The notes below the pieces were generated by a model that searched no databases, was not told the origin of the DNA, and was given only the letters and a program-made list of their open reading frames with translations. 64,000 nt of DNA from contig CAWCKW010000013.1 in assembly GCA_963796285.1 (NCBI GenBank), positions 224,001-288,000 of the forward strand. Reading direction: 5' to 3'. Both the position numbers and the translations under genes were made by a program. Source of the stretch: Nitrospirota bacterium (GTDB lineage: Bacteria; Nitrospirota; UBA9217). Below are positions 53,531 through 64,000 of this stretch, in pieces. Position 1 is the stretch's first letter. Each line of letters opens with the position of its first letter.

Positions 53531-53887
53531 CTATTTTGACTCCTTCTTGCTCTTCTTCTTGTTCTTGCCTGCCAGGTACGCTTCCTTGGGCCGCCATTCG
53601 AACGACAGGCTTGTTCCGACCAGGCTCAAGAGCCCGTCGACCATCTTTCCCGCTGCGAGTGTTGCAACCGTCGCGATGCCGATGAACGGTAGGGATATGA
53701 CATAGAACAGGCCGATGACCGGTCCGGCGATCAGCATAACGCCCGTGGGGATTCGGAAATAGGTCGACGACTCTGCTCCACTCAAGATCGCTTCCTGTCC
53801 AACATCGATCCTTTGTCCGTTCACCAAATCCCAGTATGTCCCCTTCCCAACTTTGGTACCCGCCTTATAGCCTAGCTTGGTTTTCAT
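53531..53887 (-). CDS. Hypothetical membrane protein
   Basis: RBS AGGAG; GKGTYW, GPVIGLFYVISLPF, SFEWRPKEAYLAG. Confidence 0.8.
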   Translation of the reverse strand: MKTKLGYKAGTKVGKGTYWDLVNGQRIDVGQEAILSGAESSTYFRIPTGVMLIAGPVIGLFYVISLPFIGIATVATLAAGKMVDGLLSLVGTSLSFEWRPKEAYLAGKNKKKSKKESK

Positions 53888-54352
53888 CTCCGTATCTCCT
53901 TTCTCATTTTATTTGTTGATTAATATATATCAGGAAGCAGGGTATTTGTATATTGGAAGAAGTTCCCATTTGCAGGAGCAATTTATCCCAGTCTTCAATA
54001 GAAAAGATAGTGCTATGGCAGCATAAACGCTATTAGACACCCTGGCAAATTTGGAGTCTGACCTATAAATATAAGAAACGAACACATCTAACCGGTCGCT
54101 CAACCTGGAGTCTGAAGCACGTGGGCTGGCTCAAAGATGATGGAAATTTCCATCAGTATGCTGCAACTGTCATCATTACACACCACCGCGAGATTGCGGC
54201 GATCATCCCGGAAAGTTGGTCTGATAGAGTTGGTGAATATCGATTGAAATATAAGGTACCTGATCCTTCCTGAACTGTTATGACTTTTGTATTGTGCTAA
54301 TATTAACGTAAACAGGTTATTAAGGATTAAATCACTATTTAAGAGGGATGAC

Positions 54353-55273
54353 ATGCAAACCATCTTAGGTGCAGGGGGGATTATCGGAACAGAATTAGCA
54401 AAGAGCCTTCCCAACTACACAGACAGAATTCGTCTGGTGAGCCGTCATCCCAAAAAGGTAAATTTAACCGATGATTTAGTCTCCGCCGACCTTTTGGATG
54501 CCAGGCAAACGTTGGATGCGGTCCATGGTTCTGAGATTGTTTACCTCACGGCCGGCCTTCCCTATAATATCAAAACGTGGCAAAGCCAATGGCCCATCAT
54601 CATGAAAAATGTCATTGATGCATGTAAGAAGCAGAACGCCAAACTGGTTTTCTTCGATAATGTCTATTCTTATGGACATGTCAATGGATGGATGACAGAA
54701 AATACCGCTGTGAATCCATCGAGCAAAAAGGGCGAAGTGAGAAAAAAGATCGCTGATATGATAATGGAGGAAATAGGCGGAGGGAATTTACAGGCCATAA
54801 TTGCACGGGCAGCGGATTTCTACGGGCCCAATACCCCGCTCAGCTTTGTAAATGTCATGGTCTTTGACAATTTCAAGAAAGGGAAGAAGGCGCAGTGGCT
54901 GATCAATGATAAGGTCAAGCATTCTCTCACGTATACTCCCGATGCCGGTAAGGCAACCGCCATTTTGGGGAATACCGAGAGTGCCTATAACCAGGTTTGG
55001 CATTTACCAACGGACAGGAATGCTTTAACAGGGAAGGAATTTATCGAAAAAGCGGCAGCCGAGTTTAAATGTTCACCCCGTTATCTGGTTCTTCCCCGCT
55101 GGATGGTACGAATGGCGGGATTTTTTAACAACAATGTCCGGGAAAGCGTGGAGATGCTTTATCAGAATGATTCAGAGTATCTCTTTGATAGCAGCAAATT
55201 CGATAAGGCATTCGATTTCAAGGCAACTTCGTACTGTCAAGGGATCCGGGAAACCGTGAAGTCGATGAAATGA
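54353..55273 (+). CDS. NAD-dependent epimerase/dehydratase family protein
   Basis: ILGAGGIIG, DNVYSYG, ARAADFYGP. Confidence 0.9.
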   Translation: MQTILGAGGIIGTELAKSLPNYTDRIRLVSRHPKKVNLTDDLVSADLLDARQTLDAVHGSEIVYLTAGLPYNIKTWQSQWPIIMKNVIDACKKQNAKLVFFDNVYSYGHVNGWMTENTAVNPSSKKGEVRKKIADMIMEEIGGGNLQAIIARAADFYGPNTPLSFVNVMVFDNFKKGKKAQWLINDKVKHSLTYTPDAGKATAILGNTESAYNQVWHLPTDRNALTGKEFIEKAAAEFKCSPRYLVLPRWMVRMAGFFNNNVRESVEMLYQNDSEYLFDSSKFDKAFDFKATSYCQGIRETVKSMK

Positions 55274-55420
55274 TTCTCGACTTTAATTTTCATCGGGGCA
55301 AAATCACTATACACAAAATCACTATACCCTTGCACTATGAATATCAACAGGTATAATGATACTTGTCGCGTGCGAGGTGCGGCAAAACACTCGTCCCACA
55401 AATCATGGGGTAAGTGAGCT

Positions 55421-55855
55421 ATGGACAATACATTGTTAGAAGGGTATCCGGTCGTGATCGACATTCCCATTGCGTGGGGGGACATGGACGCGTTCCAGCA
55501 CGTGAACAACGTCGCCTACTTCCGCTACTTCGAAAGCGCCCGCATCGTGTATTCCGAAAAACTCGGGTTGCACATGCTCAAAGAGCAGACCGGCATCGGC
55601 CCCATCCTCGGCTCTACAAGCTGCAGGTATAAACTCCCTCTCACCTATCCCGATACGATCTCGGTCGGGGCAAAGATCACGGGTATGGAAGAAGACAGGT
55701 TCACCATGAAGTACGTGGTCGTGAGCCACAAGCATCAGAAGATCGCGGCAGAGGGCGACGGTGTAATTGTGATGTACAACTACACCGAAGGCAAAAAGAC
55801 CGCTATCCCTGAGGTGATCAGGAAGAAGGTCCTTGCTTTTGAAAAGATGGGCTAG
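55421..55855 (+). CDS. Acyl-CoA thioesterase (hotdog fold)
   Basis: WGDMDAFQHVNNVAYFRYFESAR. Confidence 0.92.
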   Translation: MDNTLLEGYPVVIDIPIAWGDMDAFQHVNNVAYFRYFESARIVYSEKLGLHMLKEQTGIGPILGSTSCRYKLPLTYPDTISVGAKITGMEEDRFTMKYVVVSHKHQKIAAEGDGVIVMYNYTEGKKTAIPEVIRKKVLAFEKMG

Positions 55856-56100
55856 ACGATCGATCGGACTGGTCTGAACCAATTTAGCATGGGATATTGG
55901 ATTTCGACTCGTTCACAATGAGCTGCCGGCGGGTCGAAGCAGTATGCACATGAACTCAGTCAAATTGAGATACTTTCCTAAAAGGCTCTACCGCGAGACG
56001 CGGAGGCGCGGAGAAATGCACCTTGAAATACGTTCCGATTTTCTTTGCGTCCTCTGCGATCTTTGCGGTGAAATTCGACTTATTACGAGTTCAGGAATGA

Positions 56101-56571
56101 ATGATGACGAATAACGATATGCTGCGAACGCTCAGATACGCGCTCAACTTGAGCGATGCCGCGATGATGGACATCTTTAATCTGTCCGGACATGCCCTGG
56201 AGCCATCTGATCTCGCAGGCCTATTGAAAAAGGAAGATGAGAGAGGTTATCGTATCTGCAGCGACGCTGAGCTGGGATTGTTCTTGGATGGCTTGATAAC
56301 TCGTAACCGAGGCAAGCGGGAAATTGCTCCAGATCAAGTGAAGGGGCCGGCCGTTCCTTTGAACAACAATGCCATACTGAAAAAACTAAGGATCGCCCTT
56401 GAACTGGATGAGGAGAATATGCTCGGCATCATGAAGCTGGCCAATATCACAGTGTCAAGGTCAGAGCTGACCGCATTGTTTCGCAAGAAAGAGCATAAGA
56501 ACTACAAGGAATGCGGGGACCAGTTTCTCAGGAGTTTTTTAAAAGGACTCACTGTTCGGTATCGAGCGTGA
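56101..56571 (+). CDS. DUF1456 (YehS) family protein
   Basis: TNNDMLR, NNAILKKLRIAL, CGDQFLR. Confidence 0.92.
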   Translation: MMTNNDMLRTLRYALNLSDAAMMDIFNLSGHALEPSDLAGLLKKEDERGYRICSDAELGLFLDGLITRNRGKREIAPDQVKGPAVPLNNNAILKKLRIALELDEENMLGIMKLANITVSRSELTALFRKKEHKNYKECGDQFLRSFLKGLTVRYRA

Positions 56572-56636
56572 TAACGCCCCGGAGCTGGCTACGCGACCTG
56601 CGGCGATGAGAGCAGAAAGGCGTATTTCAACGTCCT

Positions 56637-56909
56637 ATGAACGATAGCGAGAACGACAGCCTGTTCCACTTTCCCTGCCTGTTCCCGATCAAGGTAATGG
56701 GGAAAAATACTGATGAGCTTTACCCGGTCGTGAGTGCGATCATGGGAAAGCATGTGCCCGGGCTCAACGGTGTTACCTTTGAGAGCCGTCTGAGCAGCGG
56801 CGACAAGTACTTATCGATCACGGTCACGTTCACTGCGCAGAGCAGGGCGCAGCTGGACGCAATTTACCTGGACCTGAACGGACACGAACTCGTGCTCATG
56901 ACGCTCTAG
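56637..56909 (+). CDS. YbeD/DUF493 family protein
   Basis: FPCLFPIKVMG, SSGDKYLSITV, QLDAIY. Confidence 0.9.
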   Translation: MNDSENDSLFHFPCLFPIKVMGKNTDELYPVVSAIMGKHVPGLNGVTFESRLSSGDKYLSITVTFTAQSRAQLDAIYLDLNGHELVLMTL

Positions 56910-56912
56910 GTG

Positions 56913-57557
56913 CTATCCCTTCCTGATCTGGCAGGTCTTGAAGACCCCTTCTATCTCCTGCTTCAGCGCGTTGAAGTTCCCCTTTCCTTTCGTCCTGATG
57001 ACCACCCTCCGGTAGCCTTCCTTCACGCCCTCATAGGAGGTCAGGATCCCCAGGAGGCGGAAGCCGTGTGTTCGTATGATGTCCGCAACCTCCCGTATGG
57101 AGCCTGACCTGTCCTCGATGGTCACACAGATCCGGTGGCCGCCATGCCGTACTCCGGTGATATCCACCAGGGCGCGGAAGATGTCCATGTCCGAGATGAT
57201 GCCGACGACGTTCCCGGTATCCAGCACCGGCAGGCATCCGATGCCATGGTCCAGCATGACCATGGCCGCCTCTTCCACCGGCGTGTCAGCGGTCGTAGTA
57301 ATGACCTTGGTATTCATGATCTCCTTGATCCTGGTCTTCGCCAGGAGGTAGTGAAGTTCATAGATATCGAGCGACGTGGCCTTCGATGGGCTGTACTCCT
57401 TGATGTCCCGGTCCGAGAGGATGCCTTTCAGCTTGCCTCCTTTGACAACCGGAACGTGCTTGATGGATTGTTCTTTCATCACAGAAAGGGCATCAGAGAT
57501 ATACTCGTCAGGCTCAACGGCATAAACCTTTTTCGTCATCCAGTCGGAAACATACAT
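56913..57557 (-). CDS. CBS + ACT domain protein (AcuB-like)
   Basis: Two CBS repeats, PSKATSLDIYELHYLL, ACT motif EDRSG. Confidence 0.88.
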   Translation of the reverse strand: MYVSDWMTKKVYAVEPDEYISDALSVMKEQSIKHVPVVKGGKLKGILSDRDIKEYSPSKATSLDIYELHYLLAKTRIKEIMNTKVITTTADTPVEEAAMVMLDHGIGCLPVLDTGNVVGIISDMDIFRALVDITGVRHGGHRICVTIEDRSGSIREVADIIRTHGFRLLGILTSYEGVKEGYRRVVIRTKGKGNFNALKQEIEGVFKTCQIRKG

Positions 57558-57834
57558 GGCCACCTCCGAAGTATCAATCCGCGACAGAGGGAACCAAAAA
57601 AAGCAACACGCTGTTTTGTGACTTACCTTCGCGCTTTCGCGCCTCATGTGGTAATATTTATCGCCGACGAATTTGTCAACACAACAGAACTTGATGATCT
57701 TGCAAATAAGTTAATTGTTCTCACACGGAGACACGAGATTCGTAGGGGATATCCCAATCTCTCTGGTGCATCCCTCTTCCCGCTCTTTAGGGGGTGATAG
57801 GTTTGAGATTGGGTGTTTGGTACCTGTCTCACCG

Positions 57835-58531
<697 letters not shown>

Positions 58532-58539
<8 letters not shown>

Positions 58540-59254
58540 TCTGCGCCTCTCCCAGATACGCCTCGACCACGAGGGGGCTGCTCCGGATCTGGAGCGGCGT
58601 TCCTTCGGCGATCTTCTCCCCGTAGTTCAGCACCACGATCCGGTCGGATATGGCCATGATCACCTTCATGTGGTGTTCGATGATCATGATGGTGATGCCC
58701 CTGTCCTTGATCTTTCGTATGATGCCGATGGACTCATCCAGCTCGGCCGGGTTCAGCCCGGCAAAGGACTCGTCGAGGAGCAGCAGTTCGGGCTGCGTGG
58801 CAAGCGCCCGCGCGATCTCGAGCCGTTTTCTCTTCCCGAGCGGCAGTCCCCGCGATATGACGTCGCGGTCCTCATACAGTCCCGTGAACTGGAGCGACTC
58901 GCGTGCGATCTCCACGGCCTGGTTTTTATCCTTTGCGCGGAGGAATGACGATGCAATGACGTTGTCCAGCACGCTCATCCGCTGGAGCGGCTTCACGACC
59001 TGGAAGGTCCTGGCAATGCCGCGCCGGCAGATCTGGTGCGGTTTGGAACCTGAGACCTTCTGGTCCTTGAAATAGACCTCGCCCCGCGAGGGATGATAAA
59101 AGCCGTTCACCACATTGAACATGGTCGTCTTGCCCGCGCCGTTCGGCCCGATGAGCCCGAGGATCTCGCCTTTTCGCACCTCGAAGGATACGTCCTTGAT
59201 GGCGGCAATGCCGCCGAAGAACCGGGAGACCTTTCGTATCTCAAGGAAGCTCAT
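58532..59254 (-). CDS. livG: Branched-chain amino acid ABC transporter ATPase
   Basis: [26 protein letters not shown]. Confidence 0.93.
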
Positions 59255-60192
59255 GAGGGCCTCCGCGCAAGACCGACCAGTCTCTTCAGTTTCGGAAAAT
59301 CACCGACGATCCCGTTGGGCAGAAAGATGATGATGACGATCAGCAGGATGCCGAAGAACGTATGATGCGCCGTGCCGAGCATCGGGATGGACCTGATGGC
59401 CTCGGCAAGGATCACCATGATGATCGCGCCGACGATGGGACCCGAGAAGGTCGCGGCGCCGCCGACCATGACGACCATGATCGCGATGATCGAAATGTCG
59501 TGGAGCGCGAAGACCACCTTCGGGTCGATATACCCCATGTAGTTCGTGTAGAAGGCGCCGGCGAACCCGGTGATCACCCCGCTCAGGCACAGCGCGATGG
59601 TCTTATAGAGCGTCGTGTTGATGCCGAGGGACTCTGCCGCGTCCTGGTCCTCCCGGATGGCGACGAAGTAGTAACCCAGCTTGGATCCGATGACCTGCTT
59701 GATAAGCATGAACGACAGCGCGGCGATGGCCAGGATGATGTAATAGTACCAGGTCTTTTCGATCCAGCTCCGCTCGCGGATCATGATGCCGAGGTCACCG
59801 CCGGTAACCTGCACCAGGTTCTCGGCGACGATCCTGAGGATGACGCCGATGGAGAGCGTGGCCAGGGCGAAGTAGGGGCCGCGCAGCCTCAGGCAGATGT
59901 AGCCGATGACCAGGGCGAAGACGGTGACCACGACGATGCTGGCGGGCACGCCCCACCACCCCGAGATCCCCAGCTTGCTGTACAGCATGCCGCTCGTATA
60001 GGCCCCGACGCCGAAGAAGGCGGCATGGCCAAAGGAGACCTGGCCGCAGTAGCCGCCGAGCAGGTTCCAGGCCATGCCGATCACGGACCACATGATGACC
60101 AGGATCAGGATGTGCATGAGGTAGCTGTTCAAACCCAGGAACGGGATGAGAGCCATCAGCACCAGGGCTATGGAAGGCAGATATTTTTTCAT
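59251..60192 (-). CDS. livM: Branched-chain amino acid ABC transporter permease
   Basis: [40 protein letters not shown]. Confidence 0.92.
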   Translation of the reverse strand: MKKYLPSIALVLMALIPFLGLNSYLMHILILVIMWSVIGMAWNLLGGYCGQVSFGHAAFFGVGAYTSGMLYSKLGISGWWGVPASIVVVTVFALVIGYICLRLRGPYFALATLSIGVILRIVAENLVQVTGGDLGIMIRERSWIEKTWYYYIILAIAALSFMLIKQVIGSKLGYYFVAIREDQDAAESLGINTTLYKTIALCLSGVITGFAGAFYTNYMGYIDPKVVFALHDISIIAIMVVMVGGAATFSGPIVGAIIMVILAEAIRSIPMLGTAHHTFFGILLIVIIIFLPNGIVGDFPKLKRLVGLARRPS

Positions 60193-60199
60193 ACTCGCG

Positions 60200-60276
60200 C
60201 CCCCTCACCCCGGCCCTCTCCCGCGAGGGGCGAGGGGGTAGTCCCTCCCTTGATGGGAGGGATGAAGGGAGGGTGA
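60200..60276. repeat. REP-like palindrome (CCCTCACCCC..CCCTCTCCC family)
   Basis: ccctcaccccggccctctcccgcgaggggcgagggg and ccctcccttgatgggaggg..gagggtga. Confidence 0.7.
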
Positions 60277-60283
60277 ATGTTTT

Positions 60284-61213
60284 TCATTTTCCAAACTTTC
60301 TCGTCTTCAACAGCGACGCTACGCCGCCGGGAATGAAGATCAGCACGGCTATAAAGATGACGAACCGGCCGACAGGGGCCCACCCCATGCCGATATAGGT
60401 TGCGGTGAGAGACTCGAAAAGACCCAGGATCAGGCCGCCGATGATGGCCCCCACCGTGGAGCCGAGTCCGCCCAGGATGGTGATGACAAAGGCGATCAGC
60501 GTGAACTGTCCGCCGATATCAGGATAAATATAGTAGATGGGAATGAAGAGGCAGCCCGCCGCTCCCACGAGGGCGGACCCGAGCCCGAAGGTGAGCACCT
60601 GCATCCGCTCCACGTTCACGCCCATCAGCAGGGCGGCATCCTTGTCCTGTGCCGTGGCCCTGATGGATTTTCCCGTGTCCGTCCTGGTCAGGAAGAACCA
60701 GAGCCCTGCCGTGATCAGAAGGGAGAAGACGAACGAGACGCTCCAGGGGAGCGAGAGTGAGAGCTCAATGGGTGAATGTTTCCAGAGATCGGTGAGGTAC
60801 CATGCTTTCGTTCCGTAGGTAACAGGCGTTTGCAGGTAATCGGACTTGAAGATGATCGTTGCCAGGTTTGCCAGCACCATCCCGATAGCGACGGTGAGGA
60901 TCACCTGGTTCTCGGGCAGGATGGAGTCCACCTTGACCACCGGGTTGATCAGGTATTTTTGGAGCGCCATACCGAGCAGAAAAAGGGCCGGCGCTGCGAT
61001 CACGATCGAGAGATAGGGGTCGATATGGAAGTAGGTATAGAGGACGTAGGCGATGTACATGCCCACCATCATGAGTTCGCCATGGGCAAGGTTGATGATC
61101 TTCATGACGCCCATGATGATGGTCATACCGATGCCGATCAGGGCGTAGAGCCCGCCGAGCAGGAGCCCGGATATGAGCGTCTGCAAAAGGACTTCAGTCT
61201 GGACAGAGGACAT
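60284..61213 (-). CDS. livH: Branched-chain amino acid ABC transporter permease
   Basis: INLAHGE, RATAQD..ALLMGV, ILGGLGS. Confidence 0.92.
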   Translation of the reverse strand: MSSVQTEVLLQTLISGLLLGGLYALIGIGMTIIMGVMKIINLAHGELMMVGMYIAYVLYTYFHIDPYLSIVIAAPALFLLGMALQKYLINPVVKVDSILPENQVILTVAIGMVLANLATIIFKSDYLQTPVTYGTKAWYLTDLWKHSPIELSLSLPWSVSFVFSLLITAGLWFFLTRTDTGKSIRATAQDKDAALLMGVNVERMQVLTFGLGSALVGAAGCLFIPIYYIYPDIGGQFTLIAFVITILGGLGSTVGAIIGGLILGLFESLTATYIGMGWAPVGRFVIFIAVLIFIPGGVASLLKTRKFGK

Positions 61214-61222
61214 GGGTACCTC

Positions 61223-61310
61223 AGTGCGGAGTGCGGAGTGCGGAGTGCGGAATAAGACTCAGGCGGATTCTACACGACTTTATTCCGCATTCACTCCGCA
61301 CTCCGAACTC
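61223..61310. repeat. Heptamer (AGTGCGG)x4 hairpin
   Basis: Four tandem AGTGCGG units, then complementary ttccgcattcactccgcactccgaactc. Confidence 0.85.
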
Positions 61311-61313
61311 GAT

Positions 61314-62504
61314 TTATCTTCTCTCCCGCCACGACGGGACCGGGAAGATGGGGGCCTTGCTCACCTGTGATTTGGGCCAGACAGTCTCGAATTCACCCTT
61401 CTGCACCTGGATGGCAAAGGTATCGGCGAAGTTCTGGTTCTGATAGCCTTCCTTGTCCTCGAACTTCACCGGGCCGAATGCGGTGGTAAGATTCGTCGCC
61501 TTCAGCGCATCGCGGATGCCGTCCTGGGTCCAGTTTTTTGCCCGGTCGAGAGCGTTGGCAGTGACGTACATCGCAGCATAGGCCGATGCGCCGTGGTAGG
61601 AGGGGTAGTCGCCGTATTTGGCCTTATATTTATCCGCGAACGCTTTCGCGCCCGGATACTTGACCTGGGGAGTCCAGAGCGTGGCGCTGACGACGTATTC
61701 GGCTGCATCCTTCGCCCCGTTGATGAACTCGGGAATGGCGAACCCGGCCGCCCCGCCGGCGTACAGCTTGGCATCGATGCGCAGTTCCTTGGCTTGCTTC
61801 ATGATGAGCTGCGCCTCGTTGGCATAAGCGACCGTGTAGATCACGTCGGGTTGCGCCGCCTTCACCTTCGACAGGAGCGGCTTGAAGTCGATGGCGCCGG
61901 TCTCGAACTTCTCCTTCAGCACGACCTTCGCGCCGAAAGCGGTAGCGTCCTTCTCCATGGCATCGGCGCCCGAGGTCCCGAACGCCGAGCTTTCATAAAG
62001 AATGGCCATGGTCTTGGGTTTAACCACCTCCTTCAGGAAGGCGACTAAAGCATCGGCGTAGTGCGCATTCACCTGGTTCTGGCGGAACACATACTTATAA
62101 TTCTTCTGCGTGATGTCGTCATCGGCGCTTGCCACGACGAGATAGGGGGTCTTGCGCTCCTCTGCCACGGCGGCGACGGCCTTTGCGCACGCAGAAGTGT
62201 ATTCACCGACAATAATGGGCTGTTTCTTCGAGTCAATGAGCTTCTCGACGATGGCACGTGCGATCTCCGGCTTGCCGTTGGAGTCCTCGAAGGTCAGGGT
62301 GATCATTTTGCCCTTCACACCGCCCTTGGCATTGATCTCCTCGGCGGCCATTTCATACGAACGCTTCATGATCTCGCCGAACTTGGCCGGCTTGCCGGTC
62401 AGGGGAAGCGGGATGGTGAGATCAAAAGTGCCCGCGGCAAAGAGTGTGGTTGCGGACAGTGCGAATACGAACAAGAGAACCATTGCCAGTGATGCTTTTC
62501 TCAT
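61314..62504 (-). CDS. livK: Branched-chain amino acid ABC transporter substrate-binding protein
   Basis: Signal peptide, PLTG, EINAKGGVKG, type-1 periplasmic binding fold. Confidence 0.88.
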   Translation of the reverse strand: MRKASLAMVLLFVFALSATTLFAAGTFDLTIPLPLTGKPAKFGEIMKRSYEMAAEEINAKGGVKGKMITLTFEDSNGKPEIARAIVEKLIDSKKQPIIVGEYTSACAKAVAAVAEERKTPYLVVASADDDITQKNYKYVFRQNQVNAHYADALVAFLKEVVKPKTMAILYESSAFGTSGADAMEKDATAFGAKVVLKEKFETGAIDFKPLLSKVKAAQPDVIYTVAYANEAQLIMKQAKELRIDAKLYAGGAAGFAIPEFINGAKDAAEYVVSATLWTPQVKYPGAKAFADKYKAKYGDYPSYHGASAYAAMYVTANALDRAKNWTQDGIRDALKATNLTTAFGPVKFEDKEGYQNQNFADTFAIQVQKGEFETVWPKSQVSKAPIFPVPSWRERR

Positions 62505-62573
62505 AGATTCCTCCTTATATATTGAGAATGAGACATGCGCCGCAGTGACGAGACTATAGAAAATATAGCATAT

Positions 62574-63315
62574 TTACGTTCCCTTGGACTTGATGAACTC
62601 ACGGTTCAATTTCGCGATGAACTGCACTTTGATCCCCTTGGGGCAGACGGCCTGACATTCGTAGTGGTTGCCGCAGTTGCCGAAGCCCTGGTTCAGCATT
62701 TCGTCTGTCATGACGCAGACGCGGCGGGCGGCCTCGACCTTTCCCTGCGGCAGCTTGGCGAGGTGGGTCACCTTTGCCGCGGTGAAGAGCATGGCGGAGC
62801 CGTTGGGGCAGGCCGCGACGCAGGCGCCGCATCCAATGCACTCGGCGGCATCCATGGCCATGTCCGCGTCATGTTTGGGAATCAGGATCGCATTTCCGTC
62901 AGGCGCGCCGCCGGTGTGGACCGAAATGTAGCCGCCTGCCTGGATGATCCTGTCAAAGGCGCCCCGGTCCACGATCAGGTCCTTGATTACCGGGAAGGCT
63001 TTCGCTCGGAATGGTTCGATGTAGATCGTGTCTCCGTCCTTGAAGTGCCGCATATGGAGCTGGCAGACGGTGGTTTGTTTCCGCGGTCCATGCGGGACCC
63101 CGTTCACGACCTGGCCGCACGTCCCGCAGATCCCTTCCCGGCAGTCGCTGTCAAAAGCGATGGGATCCTCACCCCGTTTGATCAGGCCTTCGTTCACAAC
63201 ATCGAGCATCTCAAGGAAGGACATGTCGTTGCTGATGCCGTTCGCCTCGTACCGGACGAGCTTTCCCTTTGCTGCTTGTCCCCTTCTGACGCCAGACGTA
63301 TAGTGTTAGATTCAT
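62574..63315 (-). CDS. sdhB: Succinate dehydrogenase/fumarate reductase Fe-S subunit (frameshift near 63260)
   Basis: [44 protein letters not shown]. Confidence 0.95.
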
Positions 63316-63335
63316 ATCATCCTCAAAAAAAAGGC

Positions 63336-63527
63336 TCACCACGGAGACGCGGAGAACAACTAAGAAATAAAAAAGCTGAAACAAATGCGTCTCGCGCAAA
63401 GTCGCAAAGACGCAAAGGAAAGCTTAAAGCCTTATCTAAAACTCATGATTTGGCCTTTCTTTGCGGCTTGGCGTCTTTGCGCGAAAATATTCTTGTCCGT
63501 CCTCAGTGACTCCGTGTATTTCGTGGT
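63336..63527. repeat. Nested REP-like inverted repeats
   Basis: accacggagacgcggag / ctcagtgactccgtg enclosing cgcgcaaagtcgcaaagacgcaaag / ctttgcggcttggcgtctttgcgcg. Confidence 0.75.
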
Positions 63528-63535
63528 AAATTTTC

Positions 63536-64000
63536 CTATTTGTAATTTCTCGTTGTCAGCTTTACTGTCTCGAACACCAGCGGCTCTTTATGCAGCTCCG
63601 GCTCTTTGCCAGCACCCCGGTACTCCCAGGCTGAGACATGACTGAAGTTCCGGTCATCGCGCAGTGCCTCGCCGTCATCCGTCTGGTGCTCCACGCGGAA
63701 GTGGGCGCCGCAGGATTCATTTCTTTGCAGGGCATCTCTGGCCAGGAGCTCGGCGAACTCGAGGAAATCGGCAACTCGCCCCGCCTTTTCAAGCTCCTGG
63801 TTCAGTTCCCTGCCGCTGCCGGTTATTTTCACGTTCTCCCAGAACTCGGTACGCAGAAGCGGGATCTTCTTGAGAACCTCTTTGAGACTCACTTCGCTCC
63901 TCGTCATGCCTGCGTGTTCCCACATGATCCTGCCGAGCTCGCGATGGAATTCGGTGACGGTCTTCTTTCCCTGGATAGAGAGAAGCGTTTTCGTAGATGC
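63536..64000 (-). CDS. sdhA: Succinate dehydrogenase/fumarate reductase flavoprotein, 3' part
   Basis: [27 protein letters not shown]; upstream of sdhB. Confidence 0.93.
   Translation of the reverse strand, partial: ASTKTLLSIQGKKTVTEFHRELGRIMWEHAGMTRSEVSLKEVLKKIPLLRTEFWENVKITGSGRELNQELEKAGRVADFLEFAELLARDALQRNESCGAHFRVEHQTDDGEALRDDRNFSHVSAWEYRGAGKEPELHKEPLVFETVKLTTRNYK

Noticed and set aside
53961-53970. agttcccatt resembling the left arm of the dif-like site
   Set aside because: No spacer or right arm.

Overview
Bacterial chromosomal segment, probably from an anaerobic Nitrospirota-like or deltaproteobacterium-like organism (inferred from gene content and repeat families, not from a database search). 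Most of it is housekeeping: the tRNA-tuf-rpmG-secE-nusG-rplK-rplA cluster, cysS-rlmB, hemE-hemH-hemY, groES-groEL with CIRCE, ftsE-ftsX-envC-ctpA, a split transketolase, PPi-PFK, purH, PEPCK with FBP aldolase/phosphatase, the liv ABC transporter and sdhAB. It also holds one IS4-family element and many REP-like hairpins. Single-base frameshifts in essential genes point to an unpolished long-read assembly. The most unusual region is 45.6-52.6 kb. There, a c-di-GMP-I riboswitch abuts the first of three directly repeated 28-bp dif/Xer-like sites (11-6-11 architecture). These sites delimit two modules of 2.7 and 3.1 kb that encode only secreted proteins or lipoproteins. This is a candidate riboswitch-controlled, Xer-type cassette array. 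No recombinase gene lies in the window, so recombination is inferred only.
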